Of a DNA stretch of 64,000 nt, positions 1-9,939 are shown one piece after another. Each line of letters opens with the position of its first letter. The stretch's first letter is position 1. A model generated the notes under the pieces. It was given only the letters and a program-made list of their open reading frames with translations. It searched no databases and had not been told where the DNA came from. The stretch comes from Thermoanaerobaculia bacterium (lineage in GTDB: Bacteria; Acidobacteriota; Thermoanaerobaculia; UBA5066), in assembly GCA_038245905.1 (NCBI GenBank), contig JBBRRY010000001.1, forward strand, positions 96,001-160,000. The letters are read 5' to 3'. The position numbers and the translations under genes are program-made.

Positions 1-336
1 CTCGTCGCGATGATCGGTCCGGCAGAACGCCGAGACCATCACGTTCTCGAGGACCGTGAGGCGCGCGAGGGGCTTCACGACCTGAAAAGTCCGCGCGAGG
101 CCGCGATGGCAGACCTCGTAGGGTTTGAGGCCGTCGATGCGCTCGCCCTTGAAGATGATTTCGCCCGAAGTCAGCGGGAAATACCCGTTGATGAGATTGA
201 AGACCGTCGTCTTGCCGGCGCCATTCGGTCCGATGAGACCGAAGATCTCGCCTCGTTCGATCGTGAACGCCATGTTGCCCACGGCCTGGAGGCCGCCGAA
301 CCTCTTCGTGACGCCCTTCAGCTCGAGGAGACTCAT
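1..336 (-). CDS. livG: Branched-chain amino acid ABC transporter ATP-binding protein (runs off the window start)
   Basis: Hand translation from ATG at 336: MSLLELKGVTKRFGGLQAVG...IFGLIGPNGAGKTTVFNLING (Walker A). ATGA overlap with the livM stop. Confidence 0.9.
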   Translation of the reverse strand, partial: MSLLELKGVTKRFGGLQAVGNMAFTIERGEIFGLIGPNGAGKTTVFNLINGYFPLTSGEIIFKGERIDGLKPYEVCHRGLARTFQVVKPLARLTVLENVMVSAFCRTDHRDE

Positions 337-1298
337 GAGGCCTCCTTCGACGCGGCGCCCGCCGCGCGCCTGGCCCGGTAGCTCATCCAGTGCTCCCGGA
401 GTGTTCCGACGATGCCGTGGGGGAAGAAGATGATGATCACGATGATGAGAATCCCGAAAAAGAGCAGATGCCCCGACTTCAGGAAGACCCGGAAGGCCTC
501 CGAGAGAAGGATGTAGAGGACGGCGCCCACGGCCGGGCCCGCCATCGTGGCCGCGCCACCGAGCATCGTGACGAGAATCATCATGATCGAGATGTCCGAG
601 AGCGAGAACACGATGCCCGGGTCGATGAAGCCCATGTAGTTCATGTAGAACGCGCCTGCGACACCCGTGAAGAACGCGCTGATGAGGAGCGAGTAGAGCT
701 TGTACTTCGTCGTGTTGATCCCGAGCGATTCGGCGCAGTCCTGATCCTCGCGGATCGCGAGAAAGTAAAACCCGAGCTTGCTGCGCATGACCGCGCGGAT
801 CGTCAGGAAGCTCACGGCGGCGAGCGCGAGGATGATCCAGTAGTACGCGGCCTTCGAGTTGAAGGCCGGGATGTAAAGGATCCCTTCCGCGCCGTTCGTG
901 AGCTGCTTCCAGTTCACGGCGATCAGCCGCAGGACCTCGGCGAGGGCGAGGATCGAGAGGGAGAAATAGGGTCCGCGCAGGCGGAAGCAGATCCACCCGA
1001 GGACCGCGCCGACGAGGGCGGCGACGATCCCTCCGAGGAGAAGCCCCCACCATGCCGCCGCGGGTGAAAGGCCGAACTTCACCATGATGGCCGACGTGTA
1101 GGCGCCAACGCCGAAGAACGCGGCATGGCCGTAGGAAACCTGGCCCGTGTAGCCGCCGAGGAGGTTCCAGCTCTGCCCGAGGAGAACCCAGAGGAAGACC
1201 ATGACGAGCATGTGGAGAACGTAGGTATTCGAGACGAAGAGCGGGACGAGAGCGAGGCCGACGACGGACCCCGCGGCGAGAAGGAGCTTCCGCGTCAT
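333..1298 (-). CDS. livM: Branched-chain amino acid ABC transporter permease (LivM-like)
   Basis: GYTGQVSYGHAAFFGVGAY, RLRGPYF and AIREDQDCAESLGIN motifs; hydrophobic; operon context. Confidence 0.92.
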   Translation of the reverse strand: MTRKLLLAAGSVVGLALVPLFVSNTYVLHMLVMVFLWVLLGQSWNLLGGYTGQVSYGHAAFFGVGAYTSAIMVKFGLSPAAAWWGLLLGGIVAALVGAVLGWICFRLRGPYFSLSILALAEVLRLIAVNWKQLTNGAEGILYIPAFNSKAAYYWIILALAAVSFLTIRAVMRSKLGFYFLAIREDQDCAESLGINTTKYKLYSLLISAFFTGVAGAFYMNYMGFIDPGIVFSLSDISIMMILVTMLGGAATMAGPAVGAVLYILLSEAFRVFLKSGHLLFFGILIIVIIIFFPHGIVGTLREHWMSYRARRAAGAASKEAS

Positions 1299-1302
1299 CG
1301 GA

Positions 1303-2226
1303 TCACGCCCGTCCCTTTCCGAGGAGGCCCTTCGGCAGGAAGATGAGGACGAGAACGAAGATGATGAAGCCGAACGCGTCCTTGTAACCGAGCGAGATGT
1401 AGACGGATCCGAGCGACTCGGCGAGCCCGAGGACGAGGCCGCCGAGGACGGCGCCCGGGATGTTTCCGAGCCCGCCGAGGACCGTGATCACGAACGCCTT
1501 GCTCGTGAACGGCCCTCCGATCTGCGGGTAGAGGTAGTAGACGGGGTCGAGGAGAGCGCCCGCGGCGCCCACGAGGGCCGAGCCGAGGCCGAACGTGATG
1601 TACGTGATCCGCTTCGTGTTGATTCCCATGAGGGACGCGGCGCGCTTGTCCTGCGCCGTCGCGCGGATCATCCGGCCCGTGTCCGTCATCCCGAGAAAGA
1701 GGAACAGCGCCGCCCCGAGGGCGACCGCGATCCCGAACGCGACGAGGAACGGATAGCTGAAGGATAGCGAGATCGTCTGCCCGCCCATCTTCACGTCCCA
1801 GTAGATCGTCTTGGAGGCATACGAGACGGGCACCGACCGGTAGTTGGCGGAAAAGAGAAGGAGCGCGAGATTCGAGAGGACGAGGCCGATGCCCACCGTG
1901 AGGAGAACCTGATTCTGCGGGAGCACCGAGTCGGCGTTCATGACCGGAGTGATGAGGAACTTCTGGATGGCGACGCCGAGCAGGAACATCGCCGGACAGA
2001 CGACGAGGAGCGAAACGTACGGGTCCACCTTCGCGAGGGTGAACATCCAGTACGTCGCGTACATCGCGACCATCATCAGCTCGCCGTGTGCGAGGTTGAT
2101 GATCTTCATGACGCCCATGATCAGGGACATTCCGAGCCCGATCAGGGCGTAGAGCCCCCCGAGCAGGATCCCCGAGATGAGGACCTGCACGAGAAGCTCG
2201 ATCTGTCCGGCGACCTGAGGTGACAT
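1303..2226 (-). CDS. livH: Branched-chain amino acid ABC transporter permease (LivH-like)
   Basis: [27 protein letters not shown] and [11 protein letters not shown] motifs. Confidence 0.92.
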   Translation of the reverse strand: MSPQVAGQIELLVQVLISGILLGGLYALIGLGMSLIMGVMKIINLAHGELMMVAMYATYWMFTLAKVDPYVSLLVVCPAMFLLGVAIQKFLITPVMNADSVLPQNQVLLTVGIGLVLSNLALLLFSANYRSVPVSYASKTIYWDVKMGGQTISLSFSYPFLVAFGIAVALGAALFLFLGMTDTGRMIRATAQDKRAASLMGINTKRITYITFGLGSALVGAAGALLDPVYYLYPQIGGPFTSKAFVITVLGGLGNIPGAVLGGLVLGLAESLGSVYISLGYKDAFGFIIFVLVLIFLPKGLLGKGRA

Positions 2227-2246
2227 GTGCTCCGTCCGTGTCCCCG

Positions 2247-3452
2247 CTACTTGCGGTCGCGCCAGCGCGGGACCGGGTATACGTACTTCGCGGAGGCGCC
2301 TTCCGGCGGCCAGATGGTTTCGAACTTGCCCTTGATGACTTGGAGGACGAGTGTCTCCATGCTGTTCTGGTTCGTGAACTTGTCCCAGGCTTTGAACTTC
2401 ACGGGGCCAAAAGCCGTCATCATGTCCGTCGCGGCGAGAGCTTCGCGGAGGTCCTCGGGTGTGTTCGCCTTCGTGCGCTTGAGGACGTCGGCGAGGACGT
2501 AGGCGGCGGCGTAGGCCTCGACGCCGTGATAGTCCGGCTCCTTACCGTACTTCTTCTTGAAGTTGTCGAAGAACTCCTTCGCGCCGGGGTACTTCGCCTG
2601 CGGCGTCCAGAGGGTCGCGGACATGCAGAACTCCGAGGCGTCCGCAGCGTTCTGGAGGAACTCGGGAAGCGTGTGGCCCGCGCCGCCTCCGATGAAGGCC
2701 TGCGCGTTGAGGTCGAGCTCCTTGGACTGCCGCATGAGGAGCGAGGCGTCCATGAGGTACGACACCATGTAGACGATGTCGGGGCGGAGGGACTTCACCT
2801 TCTGGAGGATGGGCTTGAAATCCACGCCGCCGGACTGGTAGCCCTCGGAGAGGACGACGCTCACGCCGTGAGAGTCGCAGTATTCCTTCATCGCCTTCGA
2901 CGTCGAGTTCCCGAAGTCGGTGTTCTCGTAGAGGATCGCGATCGTCTTGGGCTTGGCGATCTTCTCGAAGAACCCGAAGACTCCCATGTTGTAGAGGCTC
3001 GCTGGCGGATTCAGGCGGTAGACGTATTTCCAGCCCTGCTGGGTGATCTTGTCGGCGGCGCCGGTGACCACGAGATACGGGACCTTGTACTTCTCGGCGA
3101 TGCCGGCGACGGCATACGAGCACTGGCTCGTGTACTCGCCGACTACGATCGGGTACTTGTTCGTCCCAATGAACTTCTCGACGATGGCCGTGGCGGTATC
3201 GGGCTTGCCGCCCGAGTCCTGGATGTCGAGGACGAGCTTGACGCCCTTGACGCCGCCCTTCGCGTTGATCTCCTCGACGGCCATCTCGTAGGCCTGCTTC
3301 TCCATCTCGCCGAACTTAGCCTCGGCGCCGGTCAGGGGAAGAGGAACCCCGACCGTGAAAGTCTTGCCCTGCGCGAGCAGCGGCGAGGCGGCGAGGCCTA
3401 CGGCGAGGAGCGCGAGCGTCGCCAGTTGCATGGGGCGTGGTTTCGTCATCAT
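2247..3452 (-). CDS. livK: Branched-chain amino acid ABC transporter substrate-binding protein
   Basis: Signal peptide, PLTG..A..G and [11 protein letters not shown] motifs; upstream GGAGG RBS. Confidence 0.88.
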   Translation of the reverse strand: MMTKPRPMQLATLALLAVGLAASPLLAQGKTFTVGVPLPLTGAEAKFGEMEKQAYEMAVEEINAKGGVKGVKLVLDIQDSGGKPDTATAIVEKFIGTNKYPIVVGEYTSQCSYAVAGIAEKYKVPYLVVTGAADKITQQGWKYVYRLNPPASLYNMGVFGFFEKIAKPKTIAILYENTDFGNSTSKAMKEYCDSHGVSVVLSEGYQSGGVDFKPILQKVKSLRPDIVYMVSYLMDASLLMRQSKELDLNAQAFIGGGAGHTLPEFLQNAADASEFCMSATLWTPQAKYPGAKEFFDNFKKKYGKEPDYHGVEAYAAAYVLADVLKRTKANTPEDLREALAATDMMTAFGPVKFKAWDKFTNQNSMETLVLQVIKGKFETIWPPEGASAKYVYPVPRWRDRK

Positions 3453-3552
3453 CCACCTCCGTTAGTCCATTTGTTCGTAGCCGCGCATATTTGGCCCGTT
3501 GCCCGGTAACCTTGCGATGATTCGGATGAACTAATCTCGACAGGGGGGGGTC

Positions 3553-4362
3553 ATGCTGGCCAACAAGCGCATCGCGATCATCGGGTCCGGAACGATGGGA
3601 CGGACCATCGCCTCCGGTCTCCTCAAGTCCGGCCGGGTGAAGCCGAAGCAGGTCCGGGCCACGGCCCGCACGAGGGTGAGCGCCGAGAGGGTCGCGGCGG
3701 AGCTGTCCGTGAACTGCACCACCGCGAACGCGGAAGCGGCCGCGGGAGCCGACCTTGTGATCCTGTGCGTCAAGCCGACGGACATCGCGAAAGCCGTCGA
3801 GAGCCTCGGGCGAGGCGGAAAGCGGCCCCTCGTTCTTTCGATCGCCGCCGGCATCAGCACGAGCTTTCTGGAGGGTCTGTTCGGGGACGACACGCCGGTC
3901 CTCCGGGCAATGCCGAACACTCCCTGCCTGATCGGCAAGGGGATGACGGTGCTCGCCAAGGGCAGCCACGCGACCGATGCGCACATCGCGCTCGCGACCG
4001 AGGTCTTCGCTCCCCTCGGCCGCGTTCTCGAGCTGGAAGAGAAGCACATGGACACGGTCACCGGTCTCTCGGCCAGCGGGCCAGCCTTCGTATACATCAT
4101 CATCGAGGCGCTCGCGGATGGCGGCGTGATGCGGGGCCTGCCGCGAAGCGTGGCCACGACCCTCGTGGCCCAGATGACGCTGGGAGCCGCGGAGATGGTC
4201 CTGACCACCGGGCGGCATCCCGCAGCTCTCAAGGACGACGTCACGACGCCCGCCGGCTGTACGATCGCGGGAATTCTCGCGCTCGAGGACGGCCGGATCC
4301 GGTCGGTGCTGGCGCGGGGCGTCGAAACGGCGGCGCGTGTGGCCGGGGAGCTCGGGAAGTAG
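3553..4362 (+). CDS. proC: Pyrroline-5-carboxylate reductase
   Basis: IIGSGTMG, RAMPNTP, TGLSASGPAF and VTTPAGCT motifs. Confidence 0.95.
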   Translation: MLANKRIAIIGSGTMGRTIASGLLKSGRVKPKQVRATARTRVSAERVAAELSVNCTTANAEAAAGADLVILCVKPTDIAKAVESLGRGGKRPLVLSIAAGISTSFLEGLFGDDTPVLRAMPNTPCLIGKGMTVLAKGSHATDAHIALATEVFAPLGRVLELEEKHMDTVTGLSASGPAFVYIIIEALADGGVMRGLPRSVATTLVAQMTLGAAEMVLTTGRHPAALKDDVTTPAGCTIAGILALEDGRIRSVLARGVETAARVAGELGK

Positions 4363-4367
4363 GACCG

Positions 4368-5015
4368 CTAGTCGGTCTCGACGGCCACGTCGGACCAGGA
4401 CTTCGAAAGCTCGGCGCGGAGCGTCTCGGGCGGCGTGCCCTCGACGCGCATGACGAGCTCCCGCTTCCCCGCAGGGACCTTCGACGTGGACGTGAGAATC
4501 GAGAAGATCGTCCCGCCCTGTCCGCGTACCGCGTCCGCGACCTCGCGAATGCTGCCGGCGCGGTCGGGGATCACGAGATTCACGCGCGTGCGCTTCTTTC
4601 CGGCGCCCGTGACGTCGACGAGCGCCCTGAAGACGTCGCCCTCGGTCAGGATCCCGACGAGCGCTCCCTTTGCGTCGACGACCGGCAGGCCTTCGACCCT
4701 CTTCTCGAGCATGACCTGAGCGGCCCGCTCGATCGGCGTCTCGGGCGTGACCGTGACGGGCTTTTTCGTCATGATGTCGCCGATCTTCAGCTTGTCGAGG
4801 ACCGCGTGGAGCTCCCAGATGTCGAGCGTCGTGGCGCGGGACGGGGAGACGTCCTTGAGGTCCCGGTCGGACACGATTCCGACTAGCTTCCCGCCCTCGT
4901 TGACGATCGGGATCCTGCGAATCCGCTTCTCCTTCATGAGGTGAATCGCGGTCGAGATCGAGTCGGTCGGCTGGAGCGTGAGTACTTTCGGGGACATCCA
5001 CTTCGAGACGCGCAT
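4368..5015 (-). CDS. CBS pair plus ACT domain protein (AcuB-like)
   Basis: Two CBS repeats (IRRIPIV..GKLVGIVSDRD; LPVVD..GALVGILTEGD) and a C-terminal ACT domain (PDRAGSIREV). GGAGG RBS precedes ATG 5015. Confidence 0.85.
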   Translation of the reverse strand: MRVSKWMSPKVLTLQPTDSISTAIHLMKEKRIRRIPIVNEGGKLVGIVSDRDLKDVSPSRATTLDIWELHAVLDKLKIGDIMTKKPVTVTPETPIERAAQVMLEKRVEGLPVVDAKGALVGILTEGDVFRALVDVTGAGKKRTRVNLVIPDRAGSIREVADAVRGQGGTIFSILTSTSKVPAGKRELVMRVEGTPPETLRAELSKSWSDVAVETD

Positions 5016-5081
5016 GGGGAAACCTCCGTCGGCGGCTCGATTCAACCCGGAATGGCCGCGCGGAGCGATGATTCCCCTGAA

Positions 5082-7562
5082 TCAGGTCACGGGTCTCGAG
5101 GGGCGAACGGCCTCGAAGCCCGGCGGCACGGCGCCCAGGCCGAGCGTGACCTCGAGATCGTCGGCGGGCACCGGCCGGCCGAACAGGAAGCCCTGCACGT
5201 CCGCGCAACCCATATCGCCGAGAAGGGCGGCCTGTTCCTCCGTCTCGACACCCTCGGCGGTGACATCGAGACCGAGGTTGGCGGCAATCGCGATGATCGT
5301 GGCGACGATCGCCTTGTCCTTCTCGTCCTTGACCATGCCGGCCACGAAGGACTGGTCGATCTTCAGCCGCCGGATCGGGAAGTGCTTCAAATAGTTCAAA
5401 GACGAATGGCCCGTCCCGAAGTCGTCCATCGAGATATGGACGCCGAGGTCGTTCAGCTCGGAAAGGATGCGGCCCGTTTGCGTCACGTCCTGCATCGCGA
5501 TGCTCTCGGTAATCTCGAGCTCGAGGAACGCCGGAGCGAGGCCTGATTCCTCTACGATCCGGCGCACCGCGGCGGCGAAGTCCCGCTGATGAAACTGGCG
5601 CGCCGACACGTTCACGGAAATGCGGAGGCTCGAAGCGCCGCGCGCGTGCCACGCCACGAGCTGCTCGCAGGAGCGGCGGAGGACCCACTCGCCCACGCGG
5701 GTGATGAGGCCGACGTCCTCGGCGAGAGGGATGAACTCGCGTGGCGACAGGATCCCCTTCTCGGGATGCTGCCAGCGGACGAGCGCTTCCACGCCGATCG
5801 GGACGCGGGTCGCGAGGCGGAGGATCGGCTGGTAGTGGAGGATGAACTCGCCGCGGGGCAGCGCGCGCCTGAGTCCGCTCTCCATCACCGCGCGCTCCTG
5901 GGACTGCTCCTGCATCTTCTGCGTGAAAAACTGGAAGCTGTTGCGGCCCGTCTCCTTCGCGCGGTACATCGCGGTATCGACGTTCGCGACGAGCATCTCA
6001 GCGTTCTCGCCGTCGCCCGGGTAGAGGCCGATGCCGATGGACGCCTCGACGAAAAGCTCGCGCTTCTGGATCAGGAACGGCTCCGAGATCACCTGCAGGA
6101 TCTTCCGCGCCATCGTCGCCGCGTCGGCCTCGCGCCCGATTCCGTTCATGAGGAGAAGGAACTCGTCCCCACCTACGCGCGCCACGGTGTCGTCCGAGCG
6201 GATGCAGCGCCGAAGGCGGTCGGCCGCCTTCACGAGAAGCTCGTCGCCTGCCGAGTGGCCGAGCGTGTCGTTGACGCGCTTGAAGTGGTCGAGGTCGAGG
6301 AACATGACCGCGAGAGACTGGCGCCTCCTCTGTGCGTGAAGGATCGCGAGAGAGAGCCGGTCGTTGAAAAGAACCCGATTCGGCAGATCGGTCAAGGCGT
6401 CGTGATTCGCCTGATGCCAGCGCTGCTGCTCGGCATGTTTGCGGTCGGTGATGTCGATGAGGCTGCCTTCCATCACGGCCGCGCCCCCTCCCTCGGGCTC
6501 GAGGAGGCTCTCGTTCGCGAGCACCCAAACGGTCGAGCCGTCGCGGCGCTTCAGGCAGAGCTCGAAATTGACGAGCACCCGCTGGCGTGCCAGCCGCGCC
6601 AGGAAGGACTCGCGGTCCGAGGGGTCGGCGTAGAGGTCCAGTGCCGAAACCTTCAGGACATCGTCACGGGAGGAATATCCGAGGATGCGCGCGAATGCGG
6701 AATTGCAGTCGAGAATTCGGCCGTCCAGAGTTGTCCGGAAGAGGCCGGCGAGATTCCGCTCGAAGAGAAGCCGGTACCGTTGCTCCGACGAACGGAGAGC
6801 GTCGTCCCGGCGGCGCAGGAGGCGCGCGATCAGAGCCGACGCGCCGACCACGAGGGCTCCCAGAAGAACCGTCATGGCGAGAATCGCGACGATCAGGCGG
6901 CCGCGAACCCAGCGGGTCGCCTGCAGCATAGTCGCCGAGAAGGCATCCTCGAGGATCGTGGCGCGATCGTTGAGCCGGTCGATTTCCTTCGCGAAGCCCG
7001 CGTGCACGTCGGGTAACATCGGGGACGATGCCGCGTGGATGCGCGCGCCGAGCTCGAGCGTCTCGTCGACGAGCCCGTCCGCGCGCTCCCAGATCTCGAT
7101 CGCACGGGGAAAGACGGCAACGTTCTGGAACCGCAGGAAGAGGCGGATCATCTCGTCCACATTGGCTCCGCCATTGCGCCCCTCCAGGAAGCCCTGTTGG
7201 GCCGCCGCCAGGTCCGGCCGAGGTCGTTGCAGGGCCAGCCGCGCCTTGCGGTCTCCGAGCGGGACGCCGAGCCGGCCCACGAAGCGCCTGTAGTCCGACT
7301 CGTCCCCGGTATCGAGGTATCGCGAGAGGGCGAGCGACCCATCCTTCTGGCCCTTGGCCCAGTGGGACTCGGCGCTCACGAAAGACTGCAGGCCGGCGAG
7401 GACGTTCAGTCCGAAAGTGCCAACGGCCACGAGCGCGACGATGACGATGACGAAGAGGCCGACGAGGATCGCAATCCAGCGCGCAACCGGTAGAGCAGGT
7501 TTGGCGATCGCCGTTGCCCCTGAGCGAGGCCTCGACGCGTTCGCATTCACCGGGTTGGACAC
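5082..7562 (-). CDS. Membrane sensor with PAS, GGDEF and EAL domains (diguanylate cyclase/phosphodiesterase)
   Basis: Two TM helices, PAS, HDALTDLPNR, RSDD..RVGGDEF with an intact RxxD I-site, EALVRW, DDFGTGHS. Confidence 0.93.
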   Translation of the reverse strand: MSNPVNANASRPRSGATAIAKPALPVARWIAILVGLFVIVIVALVAVGTFGLNVLAGLQSFVSAESHWAKGQKDGSLALSRYLDTGDESDYRRFVGRLGVPLGDRKARLALQRPRPDLAAAQQGFLEGRNGGANVDEMIRLFLRFQNVAVFPRAIEIWERADGLVDETLELGARIHAASSPMLPDVHAGFAKEIDRLNDRATILEDAFSATMLQATRWVRGRLIVAILAMTVLLGALVVGASALIARLLRRRDDALRSSEQRYRLLFERNLAGLFRTTLDGRILDCNSAFARILGYSSRDDVLKVSALDLYADPSDRESFLARLARQRVLVNFELCLKRRDGSTVWVLANESLLEPEGGGAAVMEGSLIDITDRKHAEQQRWHQANHDALTDLPNRVLFNDRLSLAILHAQRRRQSLAVMFLDLDHFKRVNDTLGHSAGDELLVKAADRLRRCIRSDDTVARVGGDEFLLLMNGIGREADAATMARKILQVISEPFLIQKRELFVEASIGIGLYPGDGENAEMLVANVDTAMYRAKETGRNSFQFFTQKMQEQSQERAVMESGLRRALPRGEFILHYQPILRLATRVPIGVEALVRWQHPEKGILSPREFIPLAEDVGLITRVGEWVLRRSCEQLVAWHARGASSLRISVNVSARQFHQRDFAAAVRRIVEESGLAPAFLELEITESIAMQDVTQTGRILSELNDLGVHISMDDFGTGHSSLNYLKHFPIRRLKIDQSFVAGMVKDEKDKAIVATIIAIAANLGLDVTAEGVETEEQAALLGDMGCADVQGFLFGRPVPADDLEVTLGLGAVPPGFEAVRPSRPVT

Positions 7563-7568
7563 GAGCGA

Positions 7569-8315
7569 TTATAGCGGGTGCGATTCCGCGGGCGCCTCGC
7601 CGATGTTGAGGCCCATCGTGCCGAGGAGCCGGCTCTCGAATCGCGCGCCGCTCAGCCCCGCTTCGCCCATCAGCGTCCGCACGCCACGTTGGGCCGGGTA
7701 ACGCTCCAGCGACTCGGGAATGTAGAGATAGGTTTCGGGATCTCCGTGAAAGAGCCATCCCATGAGGGGCATGACCGTGCGCAGGAACACCTGATACAGG
7801 GCGCCCGCCACGGGGTTGTCCGGCTTTCCGAAGTCGAGGACGACGACGCGGCCCCCGGGCGAGAGGACGCGGCGCATCTCGCGGAGGGCGGCGAGCGGGT
7901 CGGCGATGTTCCGGAGGCCGTATCCGACGGTCACGGTATCGAAGGAGCAATCCGGGAACGGAAGGCGAAGGGCATCCCCTTGGGCGAATGCGCTCCGGCT
8001 TCGCACCTCGAGACGGCGGCGCGTCGCGACGCCGAGCATGGGAAGCGTGAAGTCGATCCCGGTGACGCGTGAGCCCGGGAGCGCTTTTTCCTCTGCGAGA
8101 AAGGAGAGGTCCCCCGTGCCGCAGCAAAGGTCGAGGATCCGTGTCGGATGCGTTCGTCCTTCGAGCGCGAGACGGATCGTGTCCTTCTTCCACTTCCGAT
8201 GGAGCCCGAAGCTCATGACGTCGTTCACGAGGTCGTAGCGCGCCGCCAGCCTCGAGAACATGGCCCGCACCTTAGGGGCGCGCTCGGCGTCGTACGAGAG
8301 ATACTTGTTCGCCAC
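7569..8315 (-). CDS. ubiE: Ubiquinone/menaquinone biosynthesis C-methyltransferase UbiE/MenG
   Basis: VRAMFSRLAARYDLVNDVMSFGLHRKWK, LDLCCGTGD and YLYIPESL motifs. GTG start at 8315 chosen over the longer ORF. Confidence 0.88.
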   Translation of the reverse strand: MANKYLSYDAERAPKVRAMFSRLAARYDLVNDVMSFGLHRKWKKDTIRLALEGRTHPTRILDLCCGTGDLSFLAEEKALPGSRVTGIDFTLPMLGVATRRRLEVRSRSAFAQGDALRLPFPDCSFDTVTVGYGLRNIADPLAALREMRRVLSPGGRVVVLDFGKPDNPVAGALYQVFLRTVMPLMGWLFHGDPETYLYIPESLERYPAQRGVRTLMGEAGLSGARFESRLLGTMGLNIGEAPAESHPL

Positions 8316-8328
8316 GGAGGGATTGTAG

Positions 8329-8964
8329 GTGGAGCGGTTTCTCTTCGACGGTCCTGCGCGCGCCGCGCGCACCCTCGTCCTCGCGCACGGCGCGGGAGCG
8401 CCGATGGATTCGCCGTTCATGGACGCCGTGTCCGCCGGAATCGCGTCCGCGGCCTTTCGCGTCGCGCGCTTCGAGTTCCCGTACATGCACGCGCGCCGGG
8501 CCGAGGGCCGCCGCAAGCCCCCCGACCGCGAGCCCGCGCTCCGAGCGGCCTGGCACGAGGCGATCGCGGCCGTCGCGGGGAAGAAGGGTCCGGCGTCGCT
8601 CGTGATTGGCGGCAAATCCATGGGCGGGCGGATCGCGAGCATGGTCGCGGACGAGGCGGGCGTCGCGGGCCTCGTCTGCCTCGGCTACCCGTTCCACCCG
8701 CCCGGGCAGCCGATGAAGCTGCGGGTGGCGCACCTCGAGCACCTGAAAACGCCGACGTTGATCGTTCAGGGGGAGCGGGATGCGTTCGGAACGCGCGCCG
8801 AGATCGCCGACTATTCCCTTTCGAAGAAAATCTCGGTCGTTCTCCTTCCGGACGGCGACCATTCCTTCAAGCCGCGGATTTCTTCGGGGCGAACCTGGGA
8901 GCAAAACCTCTCCGAAGCGGTCGCGCTCGTCACCGGGTTTCTCGAGTCTCTCCGATCCTCATGA
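8329..8964 (+). CDS. Alpha/beta-fold hydrolase (HGAGAPMDS / GGKSMGGR family)
   Basis: LAHGAGAPMDS, GGKSMGGR nucleophile elbow, LGYPFHPPG, DGDHS. Confidence 0.88.
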   Translation: MERFLFDGPARAARTLVLAHGAGAPMDSPFMDAVSAGIASAAFRVARFEFPYMHARRAEGRRKPPDREPALRAAWHEAIAAVAGKKGPASLVIGGKSMGGRIASMVADEAGVAGLVCLGYPFHPPGQPMKLRVAHLEHLKTPTLIVQGERDAFGTRAEIADYSLSKKISVVLLPDGDHSFKPRISSGRTWEQNLSEAVALVTGFLESLRSS

Positions 8965-9898
8965 CCCACGCGCGGCCATCGGGGTAGCCGGCACGATTCG
9001 CGGCGGCGCGGAACCGCCCCGGCGGTTCGAACGGCGGCTCGTCCGTGAGGACGATCGTCCCCCAGTGCATCGCGACGAGAGTCTTCGCGCGGACGTCGCG
9101 GCCGAGCGAGACAGCCTCCTCCGGGTCGAGGTGCACGGCCCGCATGATCGACGCAGGCTCGTAGGCGCCGATCGGCAGGAGGGCGACGTCGAACGGGCCG
9201 TGCGTGCGTCCAAGGTCGCCGAAAACGGGGCCGTAGCCGGTGTCACCGGCGAAGTAGAGGCGGAGGGAGGGCGAGGCGATCGACCAGGAGCACCAGAGCG
9301 TCGCGTTCCGGTCGAACGGCGTCCGGCCGGAGAAGTGGATGGCAGGAAGACAAGAGAGTGAGACGGAAGAGGAAGACGAAGAGGAAGATTTTCCTAGAAG
9401 GGTGCCCTCGCCCCATCCGAGCTCGCGGACGTCCGAGAAGCGCCGCACCGTGAAGAACGATCCCAGCCCCGAAGGCACGATGGCCGCCGGCGCCCTTCCC
9501 ACTTTCAGAGAAATCTTCCTTACGGAGCTCTCATCGAGATGATCGTAGTGATTGTGAGAGACGACAACCGCATCGAGCTCCGGGAGGTCGTCCACGCCGA
9601 GGCCGGGCGGGACATAGCGCTTCGGGCCGAGACCGGGGAGCGGGCTCGCGTAGTCGGACAGGAACGGGTCGGTGAGAATCGTGAAGCCTGCCGTGCGGAT
9701 GAGGAAGCACGCGTGCCCGAGCCACGTGAGACTCTCGGGACCCGCGGAACGCAGAGCGGCAACGGCCTCCGCCCTCGGAAGGACGTGGCCGCCAGGCACG
9801 GCCGGCGGCCGCTGGGCGATGCGGCGCACGAAGAACGGGAAGAAGTCGGACGGGCCCGCGGTCTGTGCCGGGCTGCCCGGAGGATTGCGAAAGCGCAC
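8930..9898 (-). CDS. MBL-fold metallo-hydrolase (NAPE-PLD-like)
   Basis: TWLGHA, SHNHYDHLD, FAGDTGY, LPIGAYEP and MHWGT motifs. GTG start before RFRNP. Confidence 0.88.
   Translation of the reverse strand: MRFRNPPGSPAQTAGPSDFFPFFVRRIAQRPPAVPGGHVLPRAEAVAALRSAGPESLTWLGHACFLIRTAGFTILTDPFLSDYASPLPGLGPKRYVPPGLGVDDLPELDAVVVSHNHYDHLDESSVRKISLKVGRAPAAIVPSGLGSFFTVRRFSDVRELGWGEGTLLGKSSSSSSSSVSLSCLPAIHFSGRTPFDRNATLWCSWSIASPSLRLYFAGDTGYGPVFGDLGRTHGPFDVALLPIGAYEPASIMRAVHLDPEEAVSLGRDVRAKTLVAMHWGTIVLTDEPPFEPPGRFRAAANRAGYPDGRAWVMRIGETRETR
9378..9520. repeat. Convergent pair of the dispersed GAAGATT motif, inside the MBL hydrolase gene
   Basis: + copy 9378-9402 GAAGAGGAAGATTTTCCTAGAAGGG; - copy 9493-9520 AGGAAGATTTCTCTGAAAGTGGGAAGGG. 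Confidence 0.7.
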
Positions 9899-9939
9899 GC
9901 GGCAGGATACCGGCGGCCCCACGGGTTAGCATCCGTTTC

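Noticed and set aside
3316-5688. 790-aa ORF on the minus strand, and similar long ORFs (16842-18962, 26015-27853, 61276-63243, 14633-16429)
   Set aside because: Arg/Pro/Gly/Ala-rich or antisense shadows of well-supported genes, as expected at high GC; no recognisable motifs.
8316-8642. N-terminal extensions of ubiE (and likewise of rluD, lgt, osmC, bactofilin, DUF1365, the oppA-like gene and the S55 peptidase)
   Set aside because: They overlap neighbouring genuine genes; better starts with an RBS, -10 box or stop/start overlap exist downstream.
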